Origin: Promethearchaeota archaeon
Lineage (GTDB): Archaea > Asgardarchaeota > Lokiarchaeia > Sigyniarchaeales > SOKP01
Length of the DNA stretch: 64,000 bases
Assembly (NCBI GenBank): GCA_048939995.1
Contig: JBHLOY010000003.1
Span: 397,345 to 461,344, forward strand
Reading direction: 5' to 3'
Shown: positions 39,855 to 49,739 of the stretch, in pieces
How positions within the stretch are numbered: position 1 is the stretch's first letter
How the letters are laid out: each line of letters opens with the position of its first letter
The notes under the pieces: generated by a model
Database searches by the model: none
What the model saw: the letters and a program-made list of their open reading frames with translations, nothing else
What the model was told of the DNA's origin: nothing
Made by a program: the position numbers and the translations under genes

Positions 39855-40343
39855 CTAAGTGTAGCGGCTTTTTAGTTGTCCAAGAATAATCAAATTGATT
39901 GTACAAATTACATTTATCGTGATTTGAATTATTAAATTGGAAAGAGTTTTAGGGGAAATGAACCAAAAAGCAAGAGGAGTTAATATTTCAGCAGCTATCC
40001 AACAAAGCAGTGTTATTACATAAGCATAAACGAAATTTCTTCTATATCGTGACATTTTTATAGATTGGTCTGTTTTTGTAAGAAGCAATAATGCAGCTCT
40101 TCCAATATCAGAGAAGGAATATTTAGTATTTTTTTGAATTATAAATTGCTTCATGCTTTTGAGGTGATAGGAAAGAGTTGGACTATCAATTGGTTCTAAT
40201 CCTCTTTTTATTTCTGAGAAAGTCAAATCCTTATTACCGAGTACCTTTATAATACTCCGACGTGTATCATGTGTTAATATTTTAAAAATCTCATCTTCCT
40301 TAGAAGCAGGATTTTCTTCAGGTTTAGATTTATTTTTATTCAT
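39855..40343 (-). CDS. Winged-HTH (ArsR-like) regulator with two C-terminal TM helices
   Basis: IFKILTHDTRRSIIKVL...LTFSEIK...SPTLSYHLKSM, then hydrophobic segments. Confidence 0.8.
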   Translation of the reverse strand: MNKNKSKPEENPASKEDEIFKILTHDTRRSIIKVLGNKDLTFSEIKRGLEPIDSPTLSYHLKSMKQFIIQKNTKYSFSDIGRAALLLLTKTDQSIKMSRYRRNFVYAYVITLLCWIAAEILTPLAFWFISPKTLSNLIIQITINVICTINLIILGQLKSRYT

Positions 40344-40742
40344 CTTAATTATTATAACCCTTTTATTACTTATAAAAATTAATATCGTTGATATTTGACC
40401 GAAATAAGTTATTGAAATTTATCCATTTATATAAATTCCAAAAATATAATAATAATTTATGATAAAAATTCAATATATTAACCAAAAAAATTCGATGTTA
40501 GCCCTATTTTTATTAATCCTGATTATCATGATAAATTTTTCTATATTCAGAATCCCGATTGATTTAGCAAATCAATTTTTTTGATAGTCAACACTTCTAT
40601 ACCATGTTTGGGATAGTCAAACTCCCTTTACTAAACGGTTCTACACTTACTAGGTTAAATATTTTTGAAATCCTAATAAAATTAAATATAAATGTGAATC
40701 AAACATGAAAAAAAATAACGAAATAAGAAGAGGTGTTTATGA

Positions 40743-41561
40743 GTGATAAATAATGAAAATATAAGATACTCTAGCAGCGAATCAGTCCATATTTCGGATA
40801 ATTCAAATGCAATTGAAGTCATTGATTTGAAAAAAGTATATAAAGATAAAAGACGTGTTGAAGAAGTTAATGCTGTTGATGGTATATCGTTTTCAATAAA
40901 GAAGGGTGAGATATTTGGTCTATTAGGACCAAATGGAGCAGGAAAAACTACCACAATAAATATTTTAAGTGGTCTAATAGAGCAAACCGAAGGAGAAGCT
41001 TTTGTTGGAGGTTATTGCGTAAAGGAGGAACTTCAGGACATCAAAGAAATAATTGGTGTTTGTCCTCAACAAGCAGCAGTTTATCCATATCTTAATGCTA
41101 AGGAAAATATTGAGTTTTTCGGGAAATTACATCTTATGGATAAAGAAGAAATAAACAGAAGGGCTGATAAATTTTTAGATTTATTAAGTTTATCTAAAGC
41201 AAAGGGTAGAAAAGCTAAGAACTATAGTGGGGGAATGTTAAGACAATTAAATCTTATTATAGCTTTAATAAGTGACCCTCCCATTTTGTTTTTGGATGAA
41301 CCAACAGTTGGAATGGATCCACGAGTCAGGCGAATAACCTGGAAATTCATTAGCTCTTTAAAGGAATCGAATAAAACAGTAGTTTTAACAACGCATTATA
41401 TAGAAGAAGCGGAAGAGCTTTGTGATCGAGTTGCTATAATTGAATATGGTAAATTAATTGCGATAGGATCACCAAAAAATTTGATCAGGGAACATACTGC
41501 AAAAGACTTGGAAGAAGTATTTTTAAAAATTACAGGAAGAAGAATTATGGAGGGAGTTTAA
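40743..41561 (+). CDS. ABC-2 type exporter ATP-binding protein
   Basis: GPNGAGKTT, YSGGM, LDEPTVGMDP, TTHYIEEAE. Confidence 0.93.
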   Translation: MINNENIRYSSSESVHISDNSNAIEVIDLKKVYKDKRRVEEVNAVDGISFSIKKGEIFGLLGPNGAGKTTTINILSGLIEQTEGEAFVGGYCVKEELQDIKEIIGVCPQQAAVYPYLNAKENIEFFGKLHLMDKEEINRRADKFLDLLSLSKAKGRKAKNYSGGMLRQLNLIIALISDPPILFLDEPTVGMDPRVRRITWKFISSLKESNKTVVLTTHYIEEAEELCDRVAIIEYGKLIAIGSPKNLIREHTAKDLEEVFLKITGRRIMEGV

Positions 41562-41563
41562 AA

Positions 41564-42313
41564 ATGAAAAGTAAGAGAATTTTCGCTATTCTGAAAATAC
41601 AATATAAAAATCTTATAAGGTCACCAGCCCCACTATCTATAATACTTTTACTCCCTATAGTATTAACATTGATATTTAGCCTGATGTTTGGATCGGTGAT
41701 CATAGAAGATATGGGAAAGAGCGTATTTGAATTACTTGTTCCTGGTTTATATGCCTTTAGTGCTCTTTTTATGGCAATACCAGTTGCTTTATCATTTTCA
41801 GAGGACCGAGAACAAGGTTTGTTAAAAAGAATTAACACGACTCCAACGACTGGGACAGAGTTCATAGTAAGTCACCTATTATCAAATATAACCATGTCAA
41901 TCATTCAAGTAGCAATTATTGCCGTTCTTACTTTTCTAATGGGATATCGTGGATCCACCGAGGGAACCTTCCTTGCGTTTGTCTTAATGGTTATCTTTTC
42001 CATGTCTACTATTGGTTTTGGATTAATAACGGCAACTATCGCAAAAAGTGCCAAAGCAGCTGGAGGAATAATTCAAATTTTCGTGCTCCCTCAACAGATG
42101 CTTGCCTCTGGGTTATATCCCTTGCCATCTGAAGCTAAGGCAGTTAGTATGTTCATGCCTTTACATTATGTGTCTGATGCTTTAACTCTCCTCTCTAACG
42201 GTGTACCGCTAATTGATTTAAGAATTTGGGGTGATTTGTTAATACTTATAATCTTCAGCCTTGTAATTATTAGCATAGGAATCTTATTGTTTAAAAAGTA
42301 TAGCAAAGTATAA
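41564..42313 (+). CDS. ABC-2 type exporter permease
   Basis: Six TMs, EDREQGLLKRI.TTP, SGLYPL...MPLHY. Confidence 0.9.
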   Translation: MKSKRIFAILKIQYKNLIRSPAPLSIILLLPIVLTLIFSLMFGSVIIEDMGKSVFELLVPGLYAFSALFMAIPVALSFSEDREQGLLKRINTTPTTGTEFIVSHLLSNITMSIIQVAIIAVLTFLMGYRGSTEGTFLAFVLMVIFSMSTIGFGLITATIAKSAKAAGGIIQIFVLPQQMLASGLYPLPSEAKAVSMFMPLHYVSDALTLLSNGVPLIDLRIWGDLLILIIFSLVIISIGILLFKKYSKV

Positions 42314-42567
42314 TTTTTTATTTTCTTTTTTTTTATTAAATAAGTGTGTTTAAAGAAAAAAAAAAAATCTATTCTTCGATTTTAAGTTTTCTTTCCTTTA
42401 AAACCATTTTTAATTTAAAATCATTAAGAATATTTGTGAATCGATATCTTCAATAGAAAATTTATATTATTTTTTCTATAAATGTTAAAAATTTATACTC
42501 TTTTAACTTTTTAATAAGTAAGAGTATTATTATAATTATATTCTACTACTTTTTAAGCGAAAAAAGA

Positions 42568-43899
42568 TTGGTTCGGCCTCCGACTGAAGGAAATATTTGT
42601 CTTAGATGCAAAGGCTCAAGGTTATTATGCGGTAAAAAATCTTGTCCTATTCTTCTAAAGAAATCAGTTTTAAAATCAATGGTACCATTTAAACTGGATA
42701 CAGGGATAAGGGATGTTGAAATCTTCGGTGCAAGTCCTCCAGGAGTATTTGTAGGGCATTTCAATTATCCTAATGTATATATTGGACCACTCGTTCCTTA
42801 TCAAGAATTTCATTTAAACTTAGACATTTCGGATAACTATATTCTTGATGCTCCAGAACTTTGGTTTGGAAAGGAAATGACTGATGTCATAAGATATAGA
42901 AGTAGTTTGGTTCGTAATAATTTTAAGTCAAATGTAAGGATTGGTCAAACTAGTAGAAAAAACACTCCCCCAATCAGAGTGCAAAGACTATTAGATACTT
43001 CACAAGAGTTAGCTATGGCAGCAAAACCAGTAGATACTGAAACAAAATTAAAAAAAATGAACTTTAGAATGTTAATGGATAATCATGCTCCACCACTTGG
43101 ACCTACTGGTATGACTGAAAAAATCAATATTACTGAGAATGTAAAAGTCCATCCAAAAGTTGAATATTGCGTATCAGACACAGATTTAAAAGCAACTGAG
43201 GCTGTATCTGATTATTTATATTTTGATGGGCATGTCCCAGAATCAACAATAAGGAGAGTTTTTTCTGCGGGATTACTTGGCCAAAAGTCAAATAGAAGAC
43301 TCGTCCCAACTCGTTGGAGTATAACAGCTGTTGACGATATCATTTCAAAGGCTTTAATTGAGGAAATCAAAAAATTCCCCGAGATAAACCAATTTCAAAT
43401 TTTTGAATCAACATACCTAGATAATCATTTCAAAATTTTACTTTTTCCTGGAAGCTTTATGTATGAAATGAATGAAGTTTGGGCTCCAAATACGTTATGG
43501 AATATCTCTCTTGATGGTAGTCCTCGGAAATTAAAGCCTCAGATAATGACAGATTATGAATTTTATCGCGGAAGGAAGAATTATGCAAGTAATATTACAG
43601 GGGCATATTATGCTGCTCGGCTCTCAGTATGCGAATATCTTTATAATATTAGACGGCAAGCAAGAGTTCTCATTTTCAGAGAAGTTTCAGGAGGTTATCT
43701 TGTTCCTCTAGGAGTATGGGTAATTAGAGAGACAGTTCGGAATGCTATGTTAGCGAGTGACCCTGTTATCATAGACAATTTTGATGATTCTATCTATAAA
43801 ATGGCAGATGGCTTTATGGTAGATTATAAATTCTGGAGAAATAGCAGTAAAATAATTAATTATATCAAAACACAGAAAACAATCAAAGATTTTTTATAG
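42568..43899 (+). CDS. nreA: Archaeal DNA repair protein NreA
   Basis: CLRCKG..LCGK..CP, SPPGVFVG..NYP, RRLVPTRWSITAVDD, GAYYAARL, PLGVWVIRE; C-terminal PIP box QKTIKDFL. Confidence 0.92.
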   Translation: MVRPPTEGNICLRCKGSRLLCGKKSCPILLKKSVLKSMVPFKLDTGIRDVEIFGASPPGVFVGHFNYPNVYIGPLVPYQEFHLNLDISDNYILDAPELWFGKEMTDVIRYRSSLVRNNFKSNVRIGQTSRKNTPPIRVQRLLDTSQELAMAAKPVDTETKLKKMNFRMLMDNHAPPLGPTGMTEKINITENVKVHPKVEYCVSDTDLKATEAVSDYLYFDGHVPESTIRRVFSAGLLGQKSNRRLVPTRWSITAVDDIISKALIEEIKKFPEINQFQIFESTYLDNHFKILLFPGSFMYEMNEVWAPNTLWNISLDGSPRKLKPQIMTDYEFYRGRKNYASNITGAYYAARLSVCEYLYNIRRQARVLIFREVSGGYLVPLGVWVIRETVRNAMLASDPVIIDNFDDSIYKMADGFMVDYKFWRNSSKIINYIKTQKTIKDFL

Positions 43900-43953
43900 A
43901 ATTTTAGATTATAACCAGTTTTAGTTAAACGAAAACAATAAGATTATTATTAT

Positions 43954-44766
43954 ATGGACGATAAAGAAGTAGGTAAATTTTGGGATGAGAATGCGGAAAA
44001 TTGGACTACGCTTGCCAGATTAGGGTACGATCGGTGTAGAAATTTGATAAATACGCCTGCCTTTTTTAAAATGCTCCCTGACATCTCAGGTTTAAGCGGT
44101 TTAGATATAGGTTGTGGAGAGGGATATAATACACGAATAGCAGCAAAAAAAGGGGCGAATATGACAGCAATCGATATATCTGAAACCTTTATTAAATATG
44201 CTAAAGAGTCTGAACAACTAGAACCTTTGGGAATTAAATTTCAAATTGCGAATGCAGTGGACCTTCCTTTTCCAGATGATTATTATCATTTCATAATAGC
44301 TACTATGAGTTTAATGGATATAGCAGATCATAAGAAAGCCTTAAAGGAGGTTTTTCGAGTTCTCAAACCCAATGGATTCTTTCAATTTTCTATAAGTCAT
44401 CCAATTTCAACAGGTATATGGGAATGGGTTAGAGATGAAAATGATAAGGTACGTTCTTCTGATGGAACTTTTCAACCCAGAAAGATAGGATTCATTATTA
44501 AGGATTACTTTAAGAAAGTTGAAGGGGAAATAGATGAGTGGATATTTGGTGCTGCCCCAATAGAAATGACTGAAAAGATGAAGAAGTTTAGAATTCCAAG
44601 GTTTAACCATACTCTTTCTGAATGGCTTAACCTACTTATAAAAACAGGGTTTAAGCTGGAGGAGTTCTGTGAACCTTATGCTAGTGATGAAATTTTAAAG
44701 GAATATCCTGAAGAGTATGATTCTCGTATAGCTCCCTTTTTCTTAATTATTAGATGCAGAAAGTAA
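43954..44766 (+). CDS. Class I SAM-dependent methyltransferase
   Basis: LDIGCGEG, AIDIS, RVLKPNG. Confidence 0.9.
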   Translation: MDDKEVGKFWDENAENWTTLARLGYDRCRNLINTPAFFKMLPDISGLSGLDIGCGEGYNTRIAAKKGANMTAIDISETFIKYAKESEQLEPLGIKFQIANAVDLPFPDDYYHFIIATMSLMDIADHKKALKEVFRVLKPNGFFQFSISHPISTGIWEWVRDENDKVRSSDGTFQPRKIGFIIKDYFKKVEGEIDEWIFGAAPIEMTEKMKKFRIPRFNHTLSEWLNLLIKTGFKLEEFCEPYASDEILKEYPEEYDSRIAPFFLIIRCRK

Positions 44767-44920
44767 AATTAATTATTAGAAGAACCAAGCAGTTAATCTA
44801 TGGAGGATGAATTTTCTTAATCGAATTTTAGATATTCTATTATTTAAAACTTTAAATTGAATCTTATCAATTATATGATTTATATAATCAAAAGTTTAAT
44901 ATAAAAAAAAGTGAATAATT

Positions 44921-46153
44921 ATGGCTTTAGCTGGTGAAAAAGTAGGAATTCCCTCTGCTGATGAGGCTCCCATGATCGTTATGGCTCGATTTAAGCAACC
45001 ATTAGCAGGAATTTTATCAATATTGCTTGTATTTGTTATTGCTTGGGTTACATGGTTAATTTTTTTTGACCCTCGTTTACATCCAACTGAGAGTTGGGCA
45101 ATCATGGGTTATACTGCTTGGGCAACTGTCATTGGTGGTTTTGGATTAATTGGAGTAGTGTGGGCAATATGGTTTGAGAATTGGCCTTATTATAATTGGT
45201 TCAAAACTCCTTGGAAAGTAGGATTAGTAGGTACTGCAATTAACGCGGGTATTATTATCTTGTTTACCTTTATCTTGCTTCCGACGTTTAATATATTTTA
45301 TGGAAGTGAAACGACAAATCCTTCGCCAATAATTAATATATATATAAGCTGGTTTTTAGGAGCATCCATCTTTGGAGCATTGAGTGGTTCTTGCTTTTCT
45401 TTTGCTGTTTTATGGGTAGCTGGGACAATGTATTGGCCATTCTTTAAAATAAAGCAACCTAAACGTGGAATAATCGTGTGGTTAATTGGAAATGCTATAA
45501 CTACGGTTATTTGGCTTATATTGTTCCTTCCAACGGGTGTACGTACAACTAGTTCTGAAGCTGGAGCTGTTGTAGACGTCTACCATTTTCCTAGTTATGC
45601 GTTCTCACTTGGATGGACTCAGTGGATAATATTTTTCTCACTTCTCACCCTTATGGTATTTGAATATTGGCCATGGAGTAAGTTAGGTAGGAAGCAGCCC
45701 TTTATAGGAATAATTGCGTTTGTTTCGTGTGTTTTATTGGGGCTATTAATTTCTGTATATTTCCCATACGTCGCAGGTTTTCTTTTCGATCCTTTTTTTC
45801 AGGCAATCGGTGGAGATCCTATTGATTCTGTAACTCAATTTAAAGGGTGGTACATGATGAGTATTACCTATGCAATATTTCTGATATGCGCTGTTGTATT
45901 AGTATCGTTATTCTTTGATAATTGGCCAAAAAAATATGCGCAATGGAAGAATTTTCTTTTCAGATTTTTACTTGTTATAGCTATTGGAACGGCAACTTTT
46001 TTTGGTTATTACTTATTATCCCCAGTTTTGTTTGGTGATGATACAAATTACTGGAGAATGAATCCAACTCCTTTTACGTTATGGTTTTTATGGATTGAAA
46101 TTTTATTTGCCTATGTCTGGAGAAAGTGGCCGATTTATAGAGCAGTAGGGTGA
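44921..46153 (+). CDS. Multi-pass membrane protein (putative permease) with internal repeats
   Basis: About 11-12 TMs; recurring motifs FENWP, MYWPF, FEYWP, FDNWP, RKWP. Confidence 0.7.
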   Translation: MALAGEKVGIPSADEAPMIVMARFKQPLAGILSILLVFVIAWVTWLIFFDPRLHPTESWAIMGYTAWATVIGGFGLIGVVWAIWFENWPYYNWFKTPWKVGLVGTAINAGIIILFTFILLPTFNIFYGSETTNPSPIINIYISWFLGASIFGALSGSCFSFAVLWVAGTMYWPFFKIKQPKRGIIVWLIGNAITTVIWLILFLPTGVRTTSSEAGAVVDVYHFPSYAFSLGWTQWIIFFSLLTLMVFEYWPWSKLGRKQPFIGIIAFVSCVLLGLLISVYFPYVAGFLFDPFFQAIGGDPIDSVTQFKGWYMMSITYAIFLICAVVLVSLFFDNWPKKYAQWKNFLFRFLLVIAIGTATFFGYYLLSPVLFGDDTNYWRMNPTPFTLWFLWIEILFAYVWRKWPIYRAVG

Positions 46154-46161
46154 GATTCTAA

Positions 46162-47712
46162 TTGGTTAGAGTAGAAAACAAAATAATTCCCGATGAATTC
46201 AGTTGGATTGGTGATTGGGCCAAACGACGTGCCACTTTGACCCCAAATCGGCATGCAATTGTTGATAATATTGATAAAAACCTCTATACATATCAAGATC
46301 TTAATTTAAGAGCAAATAAACTCGCTAGAGTACTGTTGAATGAAGGAATCTCTAAAGGAGATCGTGTAGCAATGTTTTCTACTAACAGAATTGAATGTAT
46401 CGATCTTTTTTTAGCTACAGGGAAAATAGGAGCAATCCTAGTTCCGTTTAATATAAGGTTATCACTCCAAGAACTTGAATACTTATTAAAAAAGATTAAA
46501 CCGTTAATTTTTTTCTATGAACCTAAATTTGAAGAAATAGTCAATCAAATTAAACAAAAAGCTGTAATTCGAAAATGTGTTGTAATGGGGAACGGAACTA
46601 GTTTAAATGATCCTTCTACCATTTCTTTAACAAAAAAAGTTTCAAAATTAGAAATTGATCGGCCTATTGTAAATTTTGAAGATCCACACCTCATATTATT
46701 TACAGGTGGTACAACTGGACTTCCTAAAGGGGCTGTACTTTCTCATAGATTAATCTTTTGGAATTCTGTGAACACTATAATATCTTGGAGTTTAAATTCC
46801 GATGATATTCAACCGTTATTATTTCCACTCTTTCACACTGGAGGGTGGAATGTTCTTCTAGTTCCATTTTACCATCTTGGAGCAAAGACCATATTAATGG
46901 GAGACTTCAACCCGGAAGAGACAATTAACATCATAGAAAAAGAAAATTGCAGTATTGTTATAGGAGTTCCAACTATGTTTCATATGATGGCAAATTCACT
47001 ACTTTTCGAGAAAACCAATTTTAAGTCTGTTAGAATATTCATCTCAGGAGGAGCTCCATGTCCCGTAGCGATAATGGAGAGATACTGGGCGAAAAATAAG
47101 TTATTTAAGATGGGTTATGGTCTAACTGAAGTCGGTCCTAATAATTTCTATCTTCCTGAAGAAATAATTAAACAAAAGCCCACTTCAGTAGGTTTACCTG
47201 TATTTCATTGTGACATGAAAATAATCAATACAAAAACGGACAAGATTGTGAACCAAGGAGAAGTCGGAGAACTCATGCTCAAAGGACCCCATATTTTTTC
47301 AGGATACTGGGATGAACCAGAAGAAACTAAAAAGACTATTGGGCCAGATGGATGGGTTCATACGGGAGATTTAGCGATGCAAGATGACGAAGGTTTTTAT
47401 TATATTGTAGGTCGCAGGAAAGAAATGTATATTAGTGGAGGAGAAAACGTATATCCTGTAGAAATCGAGGAATTATTATTCAAACATCCCGCTATTGATC
47501 TAGCTGCTGTTATAGGAGTATCTGATGAGAAATGGGGCGAAGTTGGAAAAGCATTTTTAACCTTAAAACCAGATCATAAAGTTACTGTTGATGAAATTCG
47601 GAATTATTTGACAGAACGATTAGCAAAATATAAAATCCCTAAATATTTCGAGATACGGGATTCTTTACCGACAAGTGCAACTGGAAAGATCTTAAAACGT
47701 GAATTAGAATAG
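46162..47712 (+). CDS. Long-chain fatty acid--CoA ligase (ANL superfamily)
   Basis: FTGGTTGLPKG, PLFHTGG, GYGLTE, HTGD, SGGENVYPVEIE, TGKILK. Confidence 0.92.
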   Translation: MVRVENKIIPDEFSWIGDWAKRRATLTPNRHAIVDNIDKNLYTYQDLNLRANKLARVLLNEGISKGDRVAMFSTNRIECIDLFLATGKIGAILVPFNIRLSLQELEYLLKKIKPLIFFYEPKFEEIVNQIKQKAVIRKCVVMGNGTSLNDPSTISLTKKVSKLEIDRPIVNFEDPHLILFTGGTTGLPKGAVLSHRLIFWNSVNTIISWSLNSDDIQPLLFPLFHTGGWNVLLVPFYHLGAKTILMGDFNPEETINIIEKENCSIVIGVPTMFHMMANSLLFEKTNFKSVRIFISGGAPCPVAIMERYWAKNKLFKMGYGLTEVGPNNFYLPEEIIKQKPTSVGLPVFHCDMKIINTKTDKIVNQGEVGELMLKGPHIFSGYWDEPEETKKTIGPDGWVHTGDLAMQDDEGFYYIVGRRKEMYISGGENVYPVEIEELLFKHPAIDLAAVIGVSDEKWGEVGKAFLTLKPDHKVTVDEIRNYLTERLAKYKIPKYFEIRDSLPTSATGKILKRELE

Positions 47713-47720
47713 GTGAGAAT

Positions 47721-48749
47721 ATGAAGTATCGTTCTGTTGGCTTGGAATCATGGGGGATTTATCTTCCAAAAGAGAGACACTCAAGCTATCTGATATCAGA
47801 AGAGACTGGGATTCCTAAAGATGTCATTGAGGAGAAGTTCGGATTGAAAAGTAAAACAGTTCCTGGAAAAGAAGATCACACGGTTGCAATGGGTGCAAAA
47901 GCAAGTTTTCAAGCTCTTGAACGAGCAAAAATTGCCCCTAATGATCTTGATCTGATTATTTGGGCTGGAGAAGTCTATGCAGAAAGACCAATGATGACAT
48001 ACGGGATAAAACTGCAGCAATTATTGGGAAATCCAACACATCCATGGGCGTTTGATATCAATCAAAGATGTGGTACATTTTTGGTTGGAATGCTGTTAGC
48101 CAAAAGTCTAATTCAAACAAACGCTGAAATAAATAAAGTATTGGTTGCCAGTGGGTACAGAAATTCTGATCTGATTAATTATAAGAATCAAAGATCTCGC
48201 TTTATGATAAGTTTGGCAGCGAGTGGTGCTGCAGCTGTTATCAAAGGTGATTCTAAAAAGAATGAAATTTTAGGAATATCTGCTATATCAGATGGTAGAT
48301 TTGCCGATGATGTATATGTACCGGCTGGTGGAACCATACAGCCAATTTCTCCTAAGGCTATTGAAGAAGAGTTAGTCTATTTGGATGTTCCCGATCCAGA
48401 AGGGTTGAAAGAAAGATTAGATCAATTTTCTATGGATTCTTTTATTAGGGTAATTGATGATGCTTTATTCAAATCTGGTTATAAAAGAGAGGATGTTGAT
48501 TACTTAGCTCTTTTACATATGAAAAGAAGCGCCTTTGAATATGTTGCTAACACAGTGGGAGTTGATCCTTATAAGCAAGCTACCTATTTTGAGGATATCG
48601 GGCATAATGGGCAAAATGATGGTATAATTTCTTTAGAGTACGGAGTTAAAAGTGGAAAAATTAAAGATGGAGATATAGTGGTACTTACAGCTGCAGGGAT
48701 TGGATGGGCATGGAATGCTGGAGTAATTAAATGGGGCCCAATAAAATAA
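47721..48749 (+). CDS. 3-oxoacyl-ACP synthase III (FabH)-like condensing enzyme
   Basis: Cys-His-Asn triad positions in QRCGT, LHMKRS and GHNGQ; IKDGDIVVLTAAGIGWAW. Confidence 0.85.
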   Translation: MKYRSVGLESWGIYLPKERHSSYLISEETGIPKDVIEEKFGLKSKTVPGKEDHTVAMGAKASFQALERAKIAPNDLDLIIWAGEVYAERPMMTYGIKLQQLLGNPTHPWAFDINQRCGTFLVGMLLAKSLIQTNAEINKVLVASGYRNSDLINYKNQRSRFMISLAASGAAAVIKGDSKKNEILGISAISDGRFADDVYVPAGGTIQPISPKAIEEELVYLDVPDPEGLKERLDQFSMDSFIRVIDDALFKSGYKREDVDYLALLHMKRSAFEYVANTVGVDPYKQATYFEDIGHNGQNDGIISLEYGVKSGKIKDGDIVVLTAAGIGWAWNAGVIKWGPIK

Positions 48750-48770
48750 AATTTTATAATTCTTTTTTTC

Positions 48771-49547
48771 TTATTTTTTCCAAAAATTTAATGTGAGGTC
48801 ATTAAATTCTTTAGGATGATCTAATATAGTTAAATGGCCGGCATCTGGCATGATTATTAATTCTGATTGAGGAAGCCATTCGTGAATCATTTCACTGGCC
48901 CATACAGGTGTAGTAATATCTTTTTTACCTACCAAAACTAAAATTGGAATTTGAAGATTTTTTAGATGCTCACAAATATTGAAACCTGCAGAAGCGGCAG
49001 TTGCTTGAAGACAATCTTTTTTTGTCATATGGTCTGTCACTAATTTAGCCACAAATTCAGCCACCTCTTGATTATAAGGGAGTAAACCCCTTACACTAAT
49101 GCCAATAGCAAATCTTTCTAATTTACTGCTATTAACTCTTCCCAATACATCAGTAATTGCTTCTTGGCTGATAAAACAAAAGCTATCTGCCACTACCATC
49201 TTTTTAACATGAGAAGGATTTTCAAGACCGTAAACTAAAGCAATCATACCCCCTAGAGAGTGTCCCACTAAATACAAATCTTGAGTCCATCCAATATGAC
49301 TTAATAAGGATGTCATATCATCAACATAATTCCGAATGGTAAAGCGTTTTTTTGGTTTTGTAGATCTTCCATGGCCACGAAGATCGAATCTAAGTATATT
49401 AAATATATTTTCAAATTCGGAAAGTTGATATTTCCAACAATCACTGTTCAAGAAGAGGCCATGTAATAAGACCATTTTAGGCCCATCAGCTTTCCCACTG
49501 ATAATATAGGCAATATCGATGCCTTTTTCGGGAGAGAAGTATTCCAT
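48771..49547 (-). CDS. Alpha/beta hydrolase (3-oxoadipate enol-lactonase-like)
   Basis: LLHGL, DLRGHGRS, GHSLGG, KKD, AGH. Confidence 0.9.
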   Translation of the reverse strand: MEYFSPEKGIDIAYIISGKADGPKMVLLHGLFLNSDCWKYQLSEFENIFNILRFDLRGHGRSTKPKKRFTIRNYVDDMTSLLSHIGWTQDLYLVGHSLGGMIALVYGLENPSHVKKMVVADSFCFISQEAITDVLGRVNSSKLERFAIGISVRGLLPYNQEVAEFVAKLVTDHMTKKDCLQATAASAGFNICEHLKNLQIPILVLVGKKDITTPVWASEMIHEWLPQSELIIMPDAGHLTILDHPKEFNDLTLNFWKK

Positions 49548-49739
49548 TGTTTTAAATCTCGTTAATATTTAAATTCATTTATAAATAATTCTAATAACAT
49601 ATTGTATTATTTATATCTAATTCTAAGCTTTTAGGGAAAGTTTAATCTATTAAAGAAATGTTTATATAGAAAATTAATAAATTATAGATTAAATCTTAAT
49701 CTTAAATCTTAATTAAAAAATTATTATAAAGGGTTAAAA

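Noticed and set aside
49690-49715. Short tandem AAATCTT/AATCTT repeats upstream of the Loki-CTERM gene (and similar at 38762-38792)
   Set aside because: Low-complexity AT-rich repeats without spacers; not CRISPR or iteron-like.
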